Virus record (IMG/VR): IMGVR_UViG_2711768059_000015
Direction: 5' to 3' (one strand)
DNA length: 30,972 nt
DNA from: a virus
Taxonomy: Duplodnaviria; Heunggongvirae; Uroviricota; Caudoviricetes
The position numbers and the translations under genes were made by a program. Below the pieces are notes generated by a model that was not told the DNA's origin, ran no database searches, and was given only the letters and a program-made list of their open reading frames with translations. Of this stretch, positions 16,053 through 25,606 are shown one piece after another; the stretch's first letter is position 1, and every line of letters begins with the position of its first letter.

Positions 16053-16250
16053 ATGCCAGTAAAGCCTAACACGACGAAAGATAAATTTGGAGATGATCTG
16101 ATGATAAAAGCAGAAACCACCCCGCAGGGGGCTGATGATGCCGCAAAAATCATCGCGGTATGCCGGGGCATCAGACATATACTGACGCCAGTTGCATGGA
16201 TTATTTGTACTGCACTGGTTGCATACACAACAATTTATTTAAACAGATGA
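16053..16250 (+). CDS. Small protein with C-terminal TM helix (65 aa; alternative start 16101)
   Basis: Two candidate starts with GGGGA or GGAG RBS. C-terminal hydrophobic helix. Stop overlaps the next small ORF (ATGA). Confidence 0.3.
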   Translation: MPVKPNTTKDKFGDDLMIKAETTPQGADDAAKIIAVCRGIRHILTPVAWIICTALVAYTTIYLNR

Positions 16251-16333
16251 GTGCTGATTTTATTCGGGCAACGGCCTTTGCAATCCGCCTTGTGGCGGTC
16301 GCTGTTCTGATTTGGGCTGTGCGTTGGTGGTGA
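16247..16333 (+). CDS. Possible 28-aa hydrophobic peptide
   Basis: Not in track. MSADFIRATAFAIRLVAVAVLIWAVRWW. Coupled by ATGA overlap upstream and a 1-nt gap to the next gene. Confidence 0.25.
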   Translation: MSADFIRATAFAIRLVAVAVLIWAVRWW

Positions 16334-16334
16334 T

Positions 16335-16517
16335 ATGACGCGAAAACACTGGACACACAGAATGCCGCGAACGGCGGTGAAATGGGCACTGGTAGCGATA
16401 CTGGTGCCTTTTTTCCTGGTGGGCTGCGTCAGCCTGGATAAGGCGCGCCAGCTTTTCGATACAGCTTCTCAGGTCTGTGAAATTGTTGATAGTGTCCGGC
16501 AGTGTATGCAGAACTGA
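16335..16517 (+). CDS. Small lipoprotein (60 aa), candidate outer-membrane spanin-like lysis component
   Basis: Signal peptide with lipobox (FLVGC). Short mature domain with three Cys. Located after the endolysin. Confidence 0.4.
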   Translation: MTRKHWTHRMPRTAVKWALVAILVPFFLVGCVSLDKARQLFDTASQVCEIVDSVRQCMQN

Positions 16518-16559
16518 CCGACGGTGAGAGCAGAATATTTTTTAGAGGAGCGAAATTCT

Positions 16560-16910
16560 ATGCCATCACAAATCCCTCGTGCATGCCGTAAGCGAGGCTG
16601 TGCAGGCACAACGACGGACAGTTCGGGCTACTGCGATAAGCATCGCGGCGAAGGTTGGACACAACATCAACGCGGACTGAGCCGCCACCAGCGTGGCTAT
16701 GGCTCGAAATGGGATGCCATACGTGCGCGCATACTGAAGCGTGATAATCATTTGTGTCAGAACTGCCTGCGCAATGGGAGAGCCGTTGAAGCCAGAACTG
16801 TGGACCACATCATTCCGAAAGCGCATGGCGGTACGGATGCAGACGGTAATCTGCAGAGCCTGTGCTGGCCATGCCACAAGGAGAAAACAGCGCGTGAACG
16901 CATCAACTGA
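16560..16910 (+). CDS. HNH endonuclease (packaging-associated)
   Basis: ATG at 16560 with GAGGAG RBS. Cys-rich zinc-binding motifs and an HNH core (DHIIPKAHGG...N...LCWPCH). Directly upstream of the terminase small subunit, as in HK97-like cos phages. Confidence 0.85.
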   Translation: MPSQIPRACRKRGCAGTTTDSSGYCDKHRGEGWTQHQRGLSRHQRGYGSKWDAIRARILKRDNHLCQNCLRNGRAVEARTVDHIIPKAHGGTDADGNLQSLCWPCHKEKTARERIN

Positions 16911-17058
16911 TAATCGTTCTCATCTGTAAGGGAGGGGCGGGTCAAATCTCTGCAACCCTGGCTGCTCAGTACCGCCGCCTGACCCTTCCTCACATCGCCG
17001 CAGGTTCGAAAACTTTTTTTTGGAAATGTGAACAAACGATTGATAGGTAAGACCGATT

Positions 17059-17541
17059 ATGTCAGGACCTCCGAAAACCCCGCCACGCCTGCATTTGATA
17101 CGAGGCAACCCCTCAAAGCGTCCCGTTAAAGACCACAAAAAAACCGCTAAAAAGGATGAAAAAGGTCTTCCTAAAATTCCGCAGCATTTAGGGGCTCAGG
17201 GGAAGTACTGGTTCAGGCGAATGGCGGAAGAGCTGAATGCGGAAGGGATCATTTCTCAGCTTGATGCACGTGCGCTCGAGTTGCTGGTGGAAGCCTACAC
17301 CGAATATCGGCATCACTGCGAAACACTCGATGTTGAGGGGTATACTTACCGCACGGAAACGCAGAGCGGTGATGTACTGATTAAGGCGCACCCCGCGGCG
17401 GCAATGAAAGCGGATGCCTGGAAGCGGATCCGGGCAATGCTTGCAGAGTTTGGTATGTCACCGGCAAGCCGGGCTAAAGTAAATATCGCCGGACCGGATG
17501 ATGTTGATCCGCTGGCGGAGCTTTTAAAAGCGAGAGACTGA
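17059..17541 (+). CDS. terS: Terminase small subunit (P27-type)
   Basis: 160 aa with a basic N-terminus and a pattern typical of P27-family small terminase subunits. Immediately upstream of the large subunit. Confidence 0.8.
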   Translation: MSGPPKTPPRLHLIRGNPSKRPVKDHKKTAKKDEKGLPKIPQHLGAQGKYWFRRMAEELNAEGIISQLDARALELLVEAYTEYRHHCETLDVEGYTYRTETQSGDVLIKAHPAAAMKADAWKRIRAMLAEFGMSPASRAKVNIAGPDDVDPLAELLKARD

Positions 17542-19298
17542 TGGCAAAAGTGGCTGACGGGATCCGCTACGCCGAACGTGTTGTTGCAGGAGAAATTGTT
17601 GCTGGCGAATTTGTCCGCCTGGCCTGCCAGCGTTTTCTTGATGATCTGAAGTACGGCGAAGAGCGGGGGATTTATTTCAGTGAACCCCGTGCGCAGCACA
17701 TCCTGAATTTCTACAAATTTGTGCCTCATGTAAAAGGGGCGCTGGCAGGCCAGCCCATTGAGTTGATGGACTGGCATGTATTTATCCTCATTAATATTTT
17801 TGGTTTTGTCATTCCGCTGGTCAATGAAGAGACCGGGGAAGTTGTCATGCGCAGCGATGGCAGCGGACGTCCGGTGATGGTGCGCCGGTTCCGGACGGCG
17901 TACAACGAAGTCGCCCGTAAAAACGCAAAATCAACTCTGTCATCGGGTATCGGCCTGTATATGACGGGGGCAGATGGTGAAGGCGGAGCTGAGGTGTATT
18001 CAGCCGCAACCACGCGTGACCAGGCCAGAATCGTGTTTGAAGACGCCAAAAATATGGTCAGAAAAGCCCGGTCGACACTCGGGCGGTTGTTTGATTTCAA
18101 CAAGCTGGCGATTTACCAGGAGCAGAGCGCATCAAAATTTGAACCGCTTTCTTCGGATGCAAACAACCTGGATGGTCTGAACATCCACTGCGCCATTATT
18201 GATGAGCTGCATGCACATAAAACCCGTGACGTGTGGGACGTTCTGGAAACGGCAACCGGTGCTCGTCTGCAGTCCCTTTTATTTGGTATCACCACGGCAG
18301 GGTTTAACAAGGAAGGGATTTGTTACGAGCAGCGTGATTACGCCATCAAGGTATTGCGTGGCTATAACAGCGACGTGGAGGGCGCGGTAAAAGACGACTC
18401 CTACTTTGCGATTATTTACACCCTCGATGAGGGAGATGATCCGTTTGATGAAACGGTCTGGCAGAAAGCGAATCCCGGCCTGGGCATCTGTAAACGCTGG
18501 GATGATCTGCGTCGCTTGGCGAAAAAAGCGAAAGAACAGGTCTCTGCACGGGTGAATTTTTTTACCAAACACATGAATGTGTGGGTAACAGCAGAGTCTG
18601 CCTGGATGGACATGATTAAGTGGGAGAAGTGCGAATACATTGCCCCACGACATGAGCTGAAAACGTATCCCATGTGGGTCGGCGTTGACCTTGCTCATAA
18701 GATTGATATCTGTGCGGCGGCAAAACTCTGGCGAACGGATAACGGGCATGTTCATGCCGATTTTAAATTCTGGCTTCCGGAAGGACGGCTGGAACGATGC
18801 TCGCGGCAGCAGGCAGAACTTTACCGGAAGTGGGCGGAGATGGATAAGCTGATTCTGACGGATGGTGATGTTATCGATCATGCTCAGATAAAAAGTGACT
18901 TACTGGAATGGATTGGTGGTGAAAACCTCAGGGAACTGGGATTTGACCCGTGGAGCGCGATGCAGTTCAGCCTGGCACTGGCTGAAGAAGGGATACCGCT
19001 GGTGGAGGTTCCGCAGACGGTTCGCAATCTGTCAGAGGCCATGAAGGAAACGGAATCACTGGTCTATGCCGGGCGTTTCCATCACAGCAATCATCCGGTC
19101 ATGAACTGGATGATGTCTAACGTTACGGTAAAACCGGACAAAAACGACAATATCTTCCCGAATAAATCCACGCTGGAAGCCAAAATCGACGGTCCTGTTG
19201 CGATGTTTACAGCAATGAGCCGGATGCTGGTCAATGGCGGTGAACCGGAGCCGGATCTGTCTGAGCATCTGGTCAGCGTTGGTATCCGCTCGCTTTAA
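17541..19298 (+). CDS. terL: Terminase large subunit
   Basis: 585 aa. N-terminal ATPase and C-terminal nuclease architecture. Position between TerS and the portal. Confidence 0.9.
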   Translation: MAKVADGIRYAERVVAGEIVAGEFVRLACQRFLDDLKYGEERGIYFSEPRAQHILNFYKFVPHVKGALAGQPIELMDWHVFILINIFGFVIPLVNEETGEVVMRSDGSGRPVMVRRFRTAYNEVARKNAKSTLSSGIGLYMTGADGEGGAEVYSAATTRDQARIVFEDAKNMVRKARSTLGRLFDFNKLAIYQEQSASKFEPLSSDANNLDGLNIHCAIIDELHAHKTRDVWDVLETATGARLQSLLFGITTAGFNKEGICYEQRDYAIKVLRGYNSDVEGAVKDDSYFAIIYTLDEGDDPFDETVWQKANPGLGICKRWDDLRRLAKKAKEQVSARVNFFTKHMNVWVTAESAWMDMIKWEKCEYIAPRHELKTYPMWVGVDLAHKIDICAAAKLWRTDNGHVHADFKFWLPEGRLERCSRQQAELYRKWAEMDKLILTDGDVIDHAQIKSDLLEWIGGENLRELGFDPWSAMQFSLALAEEGIPLVEVPQTVRNLSEAMKETESLVYAGRFHHSNHPVMNWMMSNVTVKPDKNDNIFPNKSTLEAKIDGPVAMFTAMSRMLVNGGEPEPDLSEHLVSVGIRSL

Positions 19299-19309
19299 CC
19301 GAGGTCATT

Positions 19310-19492
19310 ATGTTTCTGATAATTCTCACGCCACTGGTGGGCGTGCTGGGGGCGCTTTTGCTGTCGTATGGCACATGGCTGATTTATCCCCCGGCAGGTT
19401 TTGTTGTTGCCGGGGGGCTGTGCCTGTGCTGGTCGTGGCTGGTTGCGCGTTATCTCGATCGTGGTCACCGGGTCGCCTCCGGAGGTGAGTAA
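19310..19492 (+). CDS. Small two-TM membrane protein (60 aa) between terminase and portal
   Basis: GAGGT RBS. Hydrophobic sequence with two predicted TM helices. Stop overlaps the portal start. Confidence 0.4.
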   Translation: MFLIILTPLVGVLGALLLSYGTWLIYPPAGFVVAGGLCLCWSWLVARYLDRGHRVASGGE

Positions 19493-20733
19493 TGTTTTTC
19501 CAGGGGCTTTTTCAACGTAAAAATAATACCCCCGTCACAACGCCCGGGATGCTTGCGGAAGAACTTGGGTTGTCATACGACACCTATACCGGAAAGCGGA
19601 TCAGCAGTCAGCGGGCCATGCGGCTGACGGCGGTGTATTCCTGCGTCAGGGTGCTGGCGGAGTCTGTTGGTATGCTGCCCTGCAGCCTCTACAAAATCAC
19701 CGGCACTCTTAAAACACGGGCAGTGGATGAACGACTGCATAAACTGATTTCGGCAAAACCCAATGGCTACATGACACCGCAGGAATTCTGGGAGCTGGTT
19801 ATCGTCTGCCTGTGTCTGCGGGGTAATTTTTACGCTTACAAGGTGAAGGCGCTGGGAGAAGTGGTGGAGCTTCTTCCTATAGATCCGGGATGTGTGGAGC
19901 CGAAGCTGAACTGTCAGTGGCAGCCGGTTTATCAGGTGACATTTCCGGATGGTTCTGTGGATGTGCTGACTCAGGATGAAATCTGGCATGTGCGTACTCT
20001 GACGCTGGACGGACTGGTCGGGCTGAATCCCATTGCGTATGCGCGTGAGGCCATTTCACTGGCAGCGGCAACCGAGGAGCACGGTGCCAGGTTGTTTGGC
20101 AACGGTGCAGTGACATCCGGTGTGTTGCGTACGGATCAACAACTTTCTGATCAGGCTTATGCGCGTATCAAAAAGGATTTTGAGGAACGGCATGTCGGGC
20201 TGGGAAATTCTCATCGTCCGATGATTCTGGAAATGGGGCTGGACTGGAAAACGGTGGCACTGAATGCCGAGGACAGCCAGTTCCTGGAAACCCGCAAGTT
20301 TCAGCTGGAAGAAATCTGTCGCCTGTTCCGCGTGCCGCTGCATATGGTGCAGAACACCGATCGCGCCACCTTCAACAATATTGAAGAGCTGGGGCTTGGT
20401 TTCATTAACTATTCCCTTGTGCCGTATCTGACCCGTATTGAGCAACGGATCAATACAGGGCTGGTCAGGGAGAGCAAGCAGGGGAAGTTTTACGCCAAAT
20501 TTAATGCCGGAGCATTGTTGCGTGGCGACATGAAATCCCGCTTTGAAGCGTATGCCACGGGGATCAACTGGGGGATTTATTCCCCTAATGACTGCCGTGA
20601 TCTGGAAGATATGAATCCCAGACCGGGTGGTGATGTGTATCTGACACCGATGAACATGACCACCAGTCCCTCTGCTGGCGATGACAACGGTAAGAAAAAG
20701 GAGAGTGGAGATGCAGACAAAACAGCGTCTTGA
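19492..20733 (+). CDS. Portal protein, HK97 family
   Basis: 413 aa. GGAGGTGAG RBS. Position after the terminase and before the prohead protease. Confidence 0.9.
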   Translation: MFFQGLFQRKNNTPVTTPGMLAEELGLSYDTYTGKRISSQRAMRLTAVYSCVRVLAESVGMLPCSLYKITGTLKTRAVDERLHKLISAKPNGYMTPQEFWELVIVCLCLRGNFYAYKVKALGEVVELLPIDPGCVEPKLNCQWQPVYQVTFPDGSVDVLTQDEIWHVRTLTLDGLVGLNPIAYAREAISLAAATEEHGARLFGNGAVTSGVLRTDQQLSDQAYARIKKDFEERHVGLGNSHRPMILEMGLDWKTVALNAEDSQFLETRKFQLEEICRLFRVPLHMVQNTDRATFNNIEELGLGFINYSLVPYLTRIEQRINTGLVRESKQGKFYAKFNAGALLRGDMKSRFEAYATGINWGIYSPNDCRDLEDMNPRPGGDVYLTPMNMTTSPSAGDDNGKKKESGDADKTAS

Positions 20734-21361
20734 TATACCGCTGAACCTGAAATCCGTCAGTGATTCCGGGGAATTTGAAGGTTACGGTTCTGTTTTTGGT
20801 GTTAAGGACAGCCACGATGATGTGGTGGTCCCCGGTGCCTTTACCACAACACTCCAGAAATGGAGCGAAAAAAAGGCGCTGCCTGCGTTGCTCTGGCAGC
20901 ACCGCATGGATGAGCCCATCGGTGTGTACACCGAAATGAAAGAAGATGATGTCGGGCTTTATGTCAGGGGGCGATTACTCGTTGATGATGATCCCCTGGC
21001 AAAACGTGCACATGCCCATATGAAGGCCGGTTCTTTAACCGGCCTTTCTATTGGCTACATCCTGAAAGACTGGGAGTACGACCGTGAAAAAGGGGTATTC
21101 CTGCTGAAAGAGATCGACTTGTGGGAGGTCAGTCTGGTGACGTTTCCTTCCAATGATGAGGCACGCATCAGCGATGTGAAAAATGCGCTGGCGCGTGGGG
21201 AGATCCCTGATCAGAAAATTATTGAGCGAGTCCTGCGCGATGTTGGACTCTCGCGAACCCAGGCCAAAGCATTCATGGCCGGGGGATATGGCGCTTTATC
21301 CCTGCGTGATGCTGAGGATGTGGATGCCGCACTGAATGCACTGAAAAATCTTAAATTTTAA
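20711..21361 (+). CDS. Prohead maturation protease, HK97 family (S78/U35)
   Basis: ATG at 20711 with AAAAGGAGAG RBS. About 216 aa, positioned between the portal and the major capsid gene. Confidence 0.85.
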   Translation: MQTKQRLDIPLNLKSVSDSGEFEGYGSVFGVKDSHDDVVVPGAFTTTLQKWSEKKALPALLWQHRMDEPIGVYTEMKEDDVGLYVRGRLLVDDDPLAKRAHAHMKAGSLTGLSIGYILKDWEYDREKGVFLLKEIDLWEVSLVTFPSNDEARISDVKNALARGEIPDQKIIERVLRDVGLSRTQAKAFMAGGYGALSLRDAEDVDAALNALKNLKF

Positions 21362-21375
21362 CCAGGAGAAAAATA

Positions 21376-22599
21376 ATGGCTGACATTAAAGATGTGGAGC
21401 AGGTCGCGCAGGAGCTGCAGCAGAAGTTTGACGATTTTAAGGCAAAAAACGACAAGCGCATTGACGCGATCGAACAGGAAAAAGGCAAGCTGGCCGAACA
21501 GGTGGAAAGCCTGAACGGGCAAATCAGCGAGCTGGAGAACCTGAAAAGCGACCTGGAAAAAGAGCTGGCAGACATCAAGCGTCCGGCAGGCGGCACGCAA
21601 AATAAAGTTGCCAGTGAACACAAAGAAGCGTTTATCGGATTTATGCGCAAGGGGCGTGAAGACGGCCTGCGTGAGCTGGAGCGTAAGGCGCTGCAGGTGG
21701 GCAATGATGAAGATGGCGGTTATGCCATTCCGGAAGAACTGGATCGCACCATTCTGACGCTACTGAAAGATGAGGTGGTGATGCGCCAGGAAGCCACTGT
21801 GATCACCCTCGGGGGCTCGGATTATAAAAAACTGGTGAATCTGGGCGGCACAACGTCCGGATGGGTGGGGGAAACGGATGCACGTCCGGAAACCGCCACC
21901 TCAAAACTGGGGCTGATTGAACCCTTTATGGGGGAAATCTACGGCAACCCGCAGGCCACCCAGAAAATGCTCGATGACGCTTTCTTCAATGTGGAAGACT
22001 GGATCAACAGTGAGCTGGCGCTGGAATTTGCCGAACAGGAAGAAATTGCCTTTACCAGTGGCGACGGCAGCAAAAAACCAAAAGGTTTTCTGGCTTATGA
22101 GTCCACCGATGAAGATGACAAGACCCGTGCGTTTGGCAAACTTCAGCACATCGCTTCCGGTGCGGCTTCTGGCGTGACTGCCGATGCGATCATTAAACTG
22201 ATTTACACCCTGCGCAAGGCGCATCGCAGCGGCGCGAAGTTCATGATGAATAACAGCAGCCTGTTTGCCATTCGCCTGCTGAAGGATAACGACGGAAATT
22301 ATCTGTGGCGTCCGGGCATTGAGCTGGGTCAGCCTTCTTCACTGGCGGGGTATGGCATCGTTGAGAATGAGCAGATGCCGGATATTGCTGCCGATGCAAA
22401 AGCTATTGCGTTTGGTAACTTCAAACGCGGCTATACCATCGTTGATCGTATCGGCACCCGCATCCTGCGCGATCCTTACACCAACAAACCGTTTGTGGGC
22501 TTTTATACAACCAAACGAACCGGCGGTATGCTGGTGGATTCTCAGGCGATTAAGCTGATGAAGATCGGTGCTGCAACCCGCCAGAAAGCCGCTGCGTAA
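21376..22599 (+). CDS. Major capsid protein, HK97 fold, with N-terminal delta/scaffold coiled coil
   Basis: 407 aa. N-terminal 100 aa are a charged coiled coil (delta domain) followed by the capsid domain. AGGAGA RBS. Confidence 0.9.
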   Translation: MADIKDVEQVAQELQQKFDDFKAKNDKRIDAIEQEKGKLAEQVESLNGQISELENLKSDLEKELADIKRPAGGTQNKVASEHKEAFIGFMRKGREDGLRELERKALQVGNDEDGGYAIPEELDRTILTLLKDEVVMRQEATVITLGGSDYKKLVNLGGTTSGWVGETDARPETATSKLGLIEPFMGEIYGNPQATQKMLDDAFFNVEDWINSELALEFAEQEEIAFTSGDGSKKPKGFLAYESTDEDDKTRAFGKLQHIASGAASGVTADAIIKLIYTLRKAHRSGAKFMMNNSSLFAIRLLKDNDGNYLWRPGIELGQPSSLAGYGIVENEQMPDIAADAKAIAFGNFKRGYTIVDRIGTRILRDPYTNKPFVGFYTTKRTGGMLVDSQAIKLMKIGAATRQKAAA

Positions 22600-22643
22600 T
22601 GCAGTTTTTTATGCCCGCACAGTGTTGCGGGCAGGAGTTTCTG

Positions 22644-22961
22644 ATGGCAGCAATAGTGGAAAAACTCAGGGCGCAGTGCCGTATTGATACAGATGATGCA
22701 ACTGATGATGAGTTACTGATGCTGTATTTCCGGGCTGCCTGCCGCAAGGCAGAAAATTTTATCAACCGTAAGCTTTATGAGGAGATGGTGCCGGAAGGTG
22801 ATCCTGAAGGGGTGCTTATAGCTGATGATGTTTTGTTGGCGCTCATGTTGCTGGTCGGACACTGGTACGAAAACCGGGAAAATTCCTCAGATGTCAGCAA
22901 GGCACCAGTCCCGTTTGGTTTTTCTTCTCTGCTGGAGCCTTATCGTTTTATTCCTTTGTAG
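22644..22961 (+). CDS. Head-tail connector (gp6-like DNA packaging/adaptor protein)
   Basis: ATG at 22644 with AGGAG RBS. About 105 aa, directly after the capsid gene. Confidence 0.65.
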   Translation: MAAIVEKLRAQCRIDTDDATDDELLMLYFRAACRKAENFINRKLYEEMVPEGDPEGVLIADDVLLALMLLVGHWYENRENSSDVSKAPVPFGFSSLLEPYRFIPL

Positions 22962-22969
22962 GAGGAACC

Positions 22970-23308
22970 ATGCAGGCGGGCAGATTACGTGATCGCGTAA
23001 CTATTCTGAATGTCACCACCGCCCGCTCTCCGTCAGGGCATTCGGTGGAGACGGTGACGGAGGGAGCTACCGTATGGGCAGAAGTTAAGGGTATCAGCGG
23101 GAGGGAGAGAATATCAGGAGGTGCAGAAACCGCTCAGGCTACGGTCAGAGTCTGGATGAGATTCCGACGCGATGTGACGGCAGCTTCACGTCTGAAAGTG
23201 CTGACCGGTGCATTCAAAGGAGCCATTCTTGGTATAGAAGGGCCACCAATACCGGATGCACGCACCACCCGGCTTGAAATACTCTGCAGCCTGAAGGGGA
23301 ATGTGTGA
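22970..23308 (+). CDS. Head closure / head-tail joining protein
   Basis: 112 aa with GGAGGA RBS. N-terminus MQAGRLRDRVTI is typical of this family. Confidence 0.75.
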   Translation: MQAGRLRDRVTILNVTTARSPSGHSVETVTEGATVWAEVKGISGRERISGGAETAQATVRVWMRFRRDVTAASRLKVLTGAFKGAILGIEGPPIPDARTTRLEILCSLKGNV

Positions 23309-23754
23309 TGGATTTCAGTCTTGATTTTTCCGGCCTGGCGGATATTGCACGGGATCTGGAGACGCTCAGCAGGGCAGAAAACAATAAGGTTCTGCGCGAT
23401 GCCACCCGTGCCGGTGCTGAAATTATGCGGGATGCAGTTGTTGAACGTGCGCCGGAGCGAACCGGGAAACTGAAGAAAAATGTGGTTGTTCTCACGCAGC
23501 GTTCAAAGCGTCGGGGGGAAATTATCTCGGGTGTCCACATTCGCGGACGGAACCTGCGAACCGGAAACAGTGATAACAGCATGAAAGCCAGCGATCCCCG
23601 AAATGCGTTTTACTGGCGCTTTGTGGAGCTGGGAACGATAAACATGCCCGCGCATCCATTCATTCGCCCGGCTTTCGATACGACAGAGGAGCTGGTGGCG
23701 CAGGTTGCCATACAGCGAATGAATCAGGCTATTGATGAGGTCTTAAGTAAATGA
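23308..23754 (+). CDS. Tail component, HK97 gp10-like
   Basis: About 148 aa in the conserved head-tail joining position. ATG at 23308 overlaps the upstream stop. Confidence 0.65.
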   Translation: MDFSLDFSGLADIARDLETLSRAENNKVLRDATRAGAEIMRDAVVERAPERTGKLKKNVVVLTQRSKRRGEIISGVHIRGRNLRTGNSDNSMKASDPRNAFYWRFVELGTINMPAHPFIRPAFDTTEELVAQVAIQRMNQAIDEVLSK

Positions 23755-24095
23755 GGGAAGCCACACTGTATTCCCTGCTGTCTCAGTTGGCCGGAGGACA
23801 GGTTTATCCTTATGTGGTCCCGCTGACGGAGGGAAAGCCTGCGGTATCTCCGCCGTGGCTGGTGTTTTCTGTGGTGTCTGACACGGCGTCTGATGTGCTT
23901 GATGGTCAGGCTGAATCCAGAATTACCGTGCAGATCGATGTCTGGGCAACAGTACCTGATGACGCAGATGATATCCGTGAGCAGGCGCTTGATGCGGTAA
24001 GGCAACTTGCACCCTCCGTTATTTCTAAAACTCAGGGTTATGATCCTGATTCCCGTCTGAGCAGAGCCACGCTTGAATTTCAGGTAATAGCCTGA
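23751..24095 (+). CDS. Tail completion / tail terminator-like protein
   Basis: 114 aa; ATGA overlap with the upstream gene. Last gene before the terminator and the major tail gene. Confidence 0.55.
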   Translation: MREATLYSLLSQLAGGQVYPYVVPLTEGKPAVSPPWLVFSVVSDTASDVLDGQAESRITVQIDVWATVPDDADDIREQALDAVRQLAPSVISKTQGYDPDSRLSRATLEFQVIA

Positions 24096-24113
24096 GGTCG
24101 TTAATGATTTTAC

Positions 24114-24139
24114 CCACCCGCCGCTGGCGGGTTTTTTTA
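24114..24139 (+). terminator. Rho-independent terminator before the major tail gene
   Basis: CCCGCC-GCT-GGCGGG hairpin followed by TTTTTTT. Confidence 0.55.
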
Positions 24140-24155
24140 TTTTCAGGAGACGAGT

Positions 24156-24860
24156 ATGTCCTCTAATTTTGAGCGTTCGCAACTGACGAAAATTATGATT
24201 TCGTCTGCACCGGTAACAGCAGAAACCCTGGATTCTGCCAGCTATCTTGGCCTGAGCTGTACAATCAAAGAGGTGCAGTTTACCGCAGGACAAAAGCAGG
24301 ATATTGATGTCACCACGCTGTGTTCTGTTGAGCAGGAAAATATTAACGGTCTTGGTGCCGCGTCAGAGATTTCCATGTCAGGCAACTTTTACCTCAATGC
24401 TGCCCAGAACGCGTTGCGCAGTGCCTATGACAATGACACCACGTATGGCTTTAAAGTTATTTTTCCGTCAGGAAACGGATTTACCTTTATGGCAGAGGTG
24501 CGTCAGCATACCTGGTCTGCAGGAACCAATGGTGTTGTGGCTGCAACGTTTTCCCTGCGCCTGAAAGGTAAACCTGTGCTGACGACAGAGCCGCTGAAAG
24601 TGAAGGTCGATTTAAACAGCACGCTGCAGGTTTCTGCCGGAGCGAAACTCGAAATGGTGGTTGAGGCTGCCGGTGGTGTGCCGCCTTATTCTTATGTCTG
24701 GAAGAAAGGTAGTTCTCCTGTTTCCGGACAGACGGCGGCAACGTTCAGTAAGGCATTGGCAGTATCCGGTGATGCGGGCGCATATACCTGCGAGATTTCT
24801 GATTCAGCAAGCCCGGTTAACAAAGTGACCTCCACTTCCTGCACTGTAACCGTCAGTTAA
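24156..24860 (+). CDS. Major tail protein (gpV-like) with C-terminal Ig-like domain
   Basis: 234 aa with AGGAGA RBS. The C-terminal 90 aa look like a bacterial Ig-like domain (PPYSYVWKKG...GAYTCEISD). Confidence 0.8.
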   Translation: MSSNFERSQLTKIMISSAPVTAETLDSASYLGLSCTIKEVQFTAGQKQDIDVTTLCSVEQENINGLGAASEISMSGNFYLNAAQNALRSAYDNDTTYGFKVIFPSGNGFTFMAEVRQHTWSAGTNGVVAATFSLRLKGKPVLTTEPLKVKVDLNSTLQVSAGAKLEMVVEAAGGVPPYSYVWKKGSSPVSGQTAATFSKALAVSGDAGAYTCEISDSASPVNKVTSTSCTVTVS

Positions 24861-24874
24861 TGAGGATGGGTGTG

Positions 24875-25246
24875 ATGACTAAAAATATCCGTAATCTGGC
24901 TCTGGCAACGATGTCGGGGTTTCGCCATAAAACTGTTGATGTGCCTGAATGGGAAGGGGCAACGGTTGTATTACGGGAACCTTCTGCAGAAGCCTGGTTG
25001 CGCTGGCAGGAGATCGTTAAAGCAAAAGATGATGAGACACCGTTATCCGTTGCGGAGCGCGCCCGCCGAAATCTGGAGGCAGATGTTGAACTGTTCATTG
25101 ATGTTCTGTGTGATACCGGACTGCAACCTGTATTTTCAGAGGATGATCGTGAACAGGTGATTGCCGTGTATGGCCCGGTGCATGCGCGGCTTCTTCGGCA
25201 GTCTCTGGAACTGATCAGTGATGCCGGCGAGGTTAAAAAAAAGTAG
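24875..25246 (+). CDS. G: Tail assembly chaperone G
   Basis: ATG at 24875 with GAGG RBS. Ends in the slippery run GTT AAA AAA AAG TAG. Directly precedes the T-frame ORF and the tape measure. Confidence 0.7.
   Translation: MTKNIRNLALATMSGFRHKTVDVPEWEGATVVLREPSAEAWLRWQEIVKAKDDETPLSVAERARRNLEADVELFIDVLCDTGLQPVFSEDDREQVIAVYGPVHARLLRQSLELISDAGEVKKK
25237..25243 (+). other. Programmed -1 ribosomal frameshift slippery heptamer (A AAA AAG) for the G-T fusion
   Basis: The heptamer sits at the last sense codons of G. The -1 frame continues open (V-A-L-P-G-M...) into the T ORF, which ends at 25548. Confidence 0.6.
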
Positions 25247-25257
25247 CGCTTCCGGGG

Positions 25258-25548
25258 ATGCGTTTTCTGATGATGCTGGCACTCAGGATGGGGCGCACAT
25301 TGTCAGAGTTACGCCGGGAAATGTCCGCATCAGAAATCATGATGTGGGCAGAATTTGACAGGTTCAGCCCGCTGGGGGACGAACGGGCTGATATCCGGGC
25401 TGCCCAGATTGTTTCAGCTGTTTACGGTGCGCAGGGTGTCAAAGTACCACTGAATGATGCGCTTCTTCAGTGGGAGCATGAATCAGAAGAAAATAAATGC
25501 GATGATCCATTTATTGGATTAGAGGTTGCTCTAATGTCTTCACTATAA
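25258..25548 (+). CDS. T: Tail assembly protein T frame (expressed as G-T fusion by -1 frameshift)
   Basis: 96-aa ORF in the -1 frame relative to G, open from the slippery site at 25243. No convincing independent RBS. Confidence 0.6.
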   Translation: MRFLMMLALRMGRTLSELRREMSASEIMMWAEFDRFSPLGDERADIRAAQIVSAVYGAQGVKVPLNDALLQWEHESEENKCDDPFIGLEVALMSSL

Positions 25549-25606
25549 GATAATTTTTTAATCGTTTTGAAATTGAATGCTTTACTCAAAGTCAGGAGGA
25601 TTAATC

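Noticed and set aside
16011-16250. Embedded Rz1-like lipoprotein ORF nested within an Rz-like gene
   Set aside because: The 79-aa ORF has a C-terminal rather than N-terminal TM and no nested lipobox-containing frame. The lipoprotein is a separate downstream gene, so the classic nested Rz/Rz1 model does not fit.
18279-18881. 200-aa minus-strand ORF inside the terminase large subunit gene
   Set aside because: Fully embedded antisense to a confidently assigned terminase gene. Typical shadow ORF.
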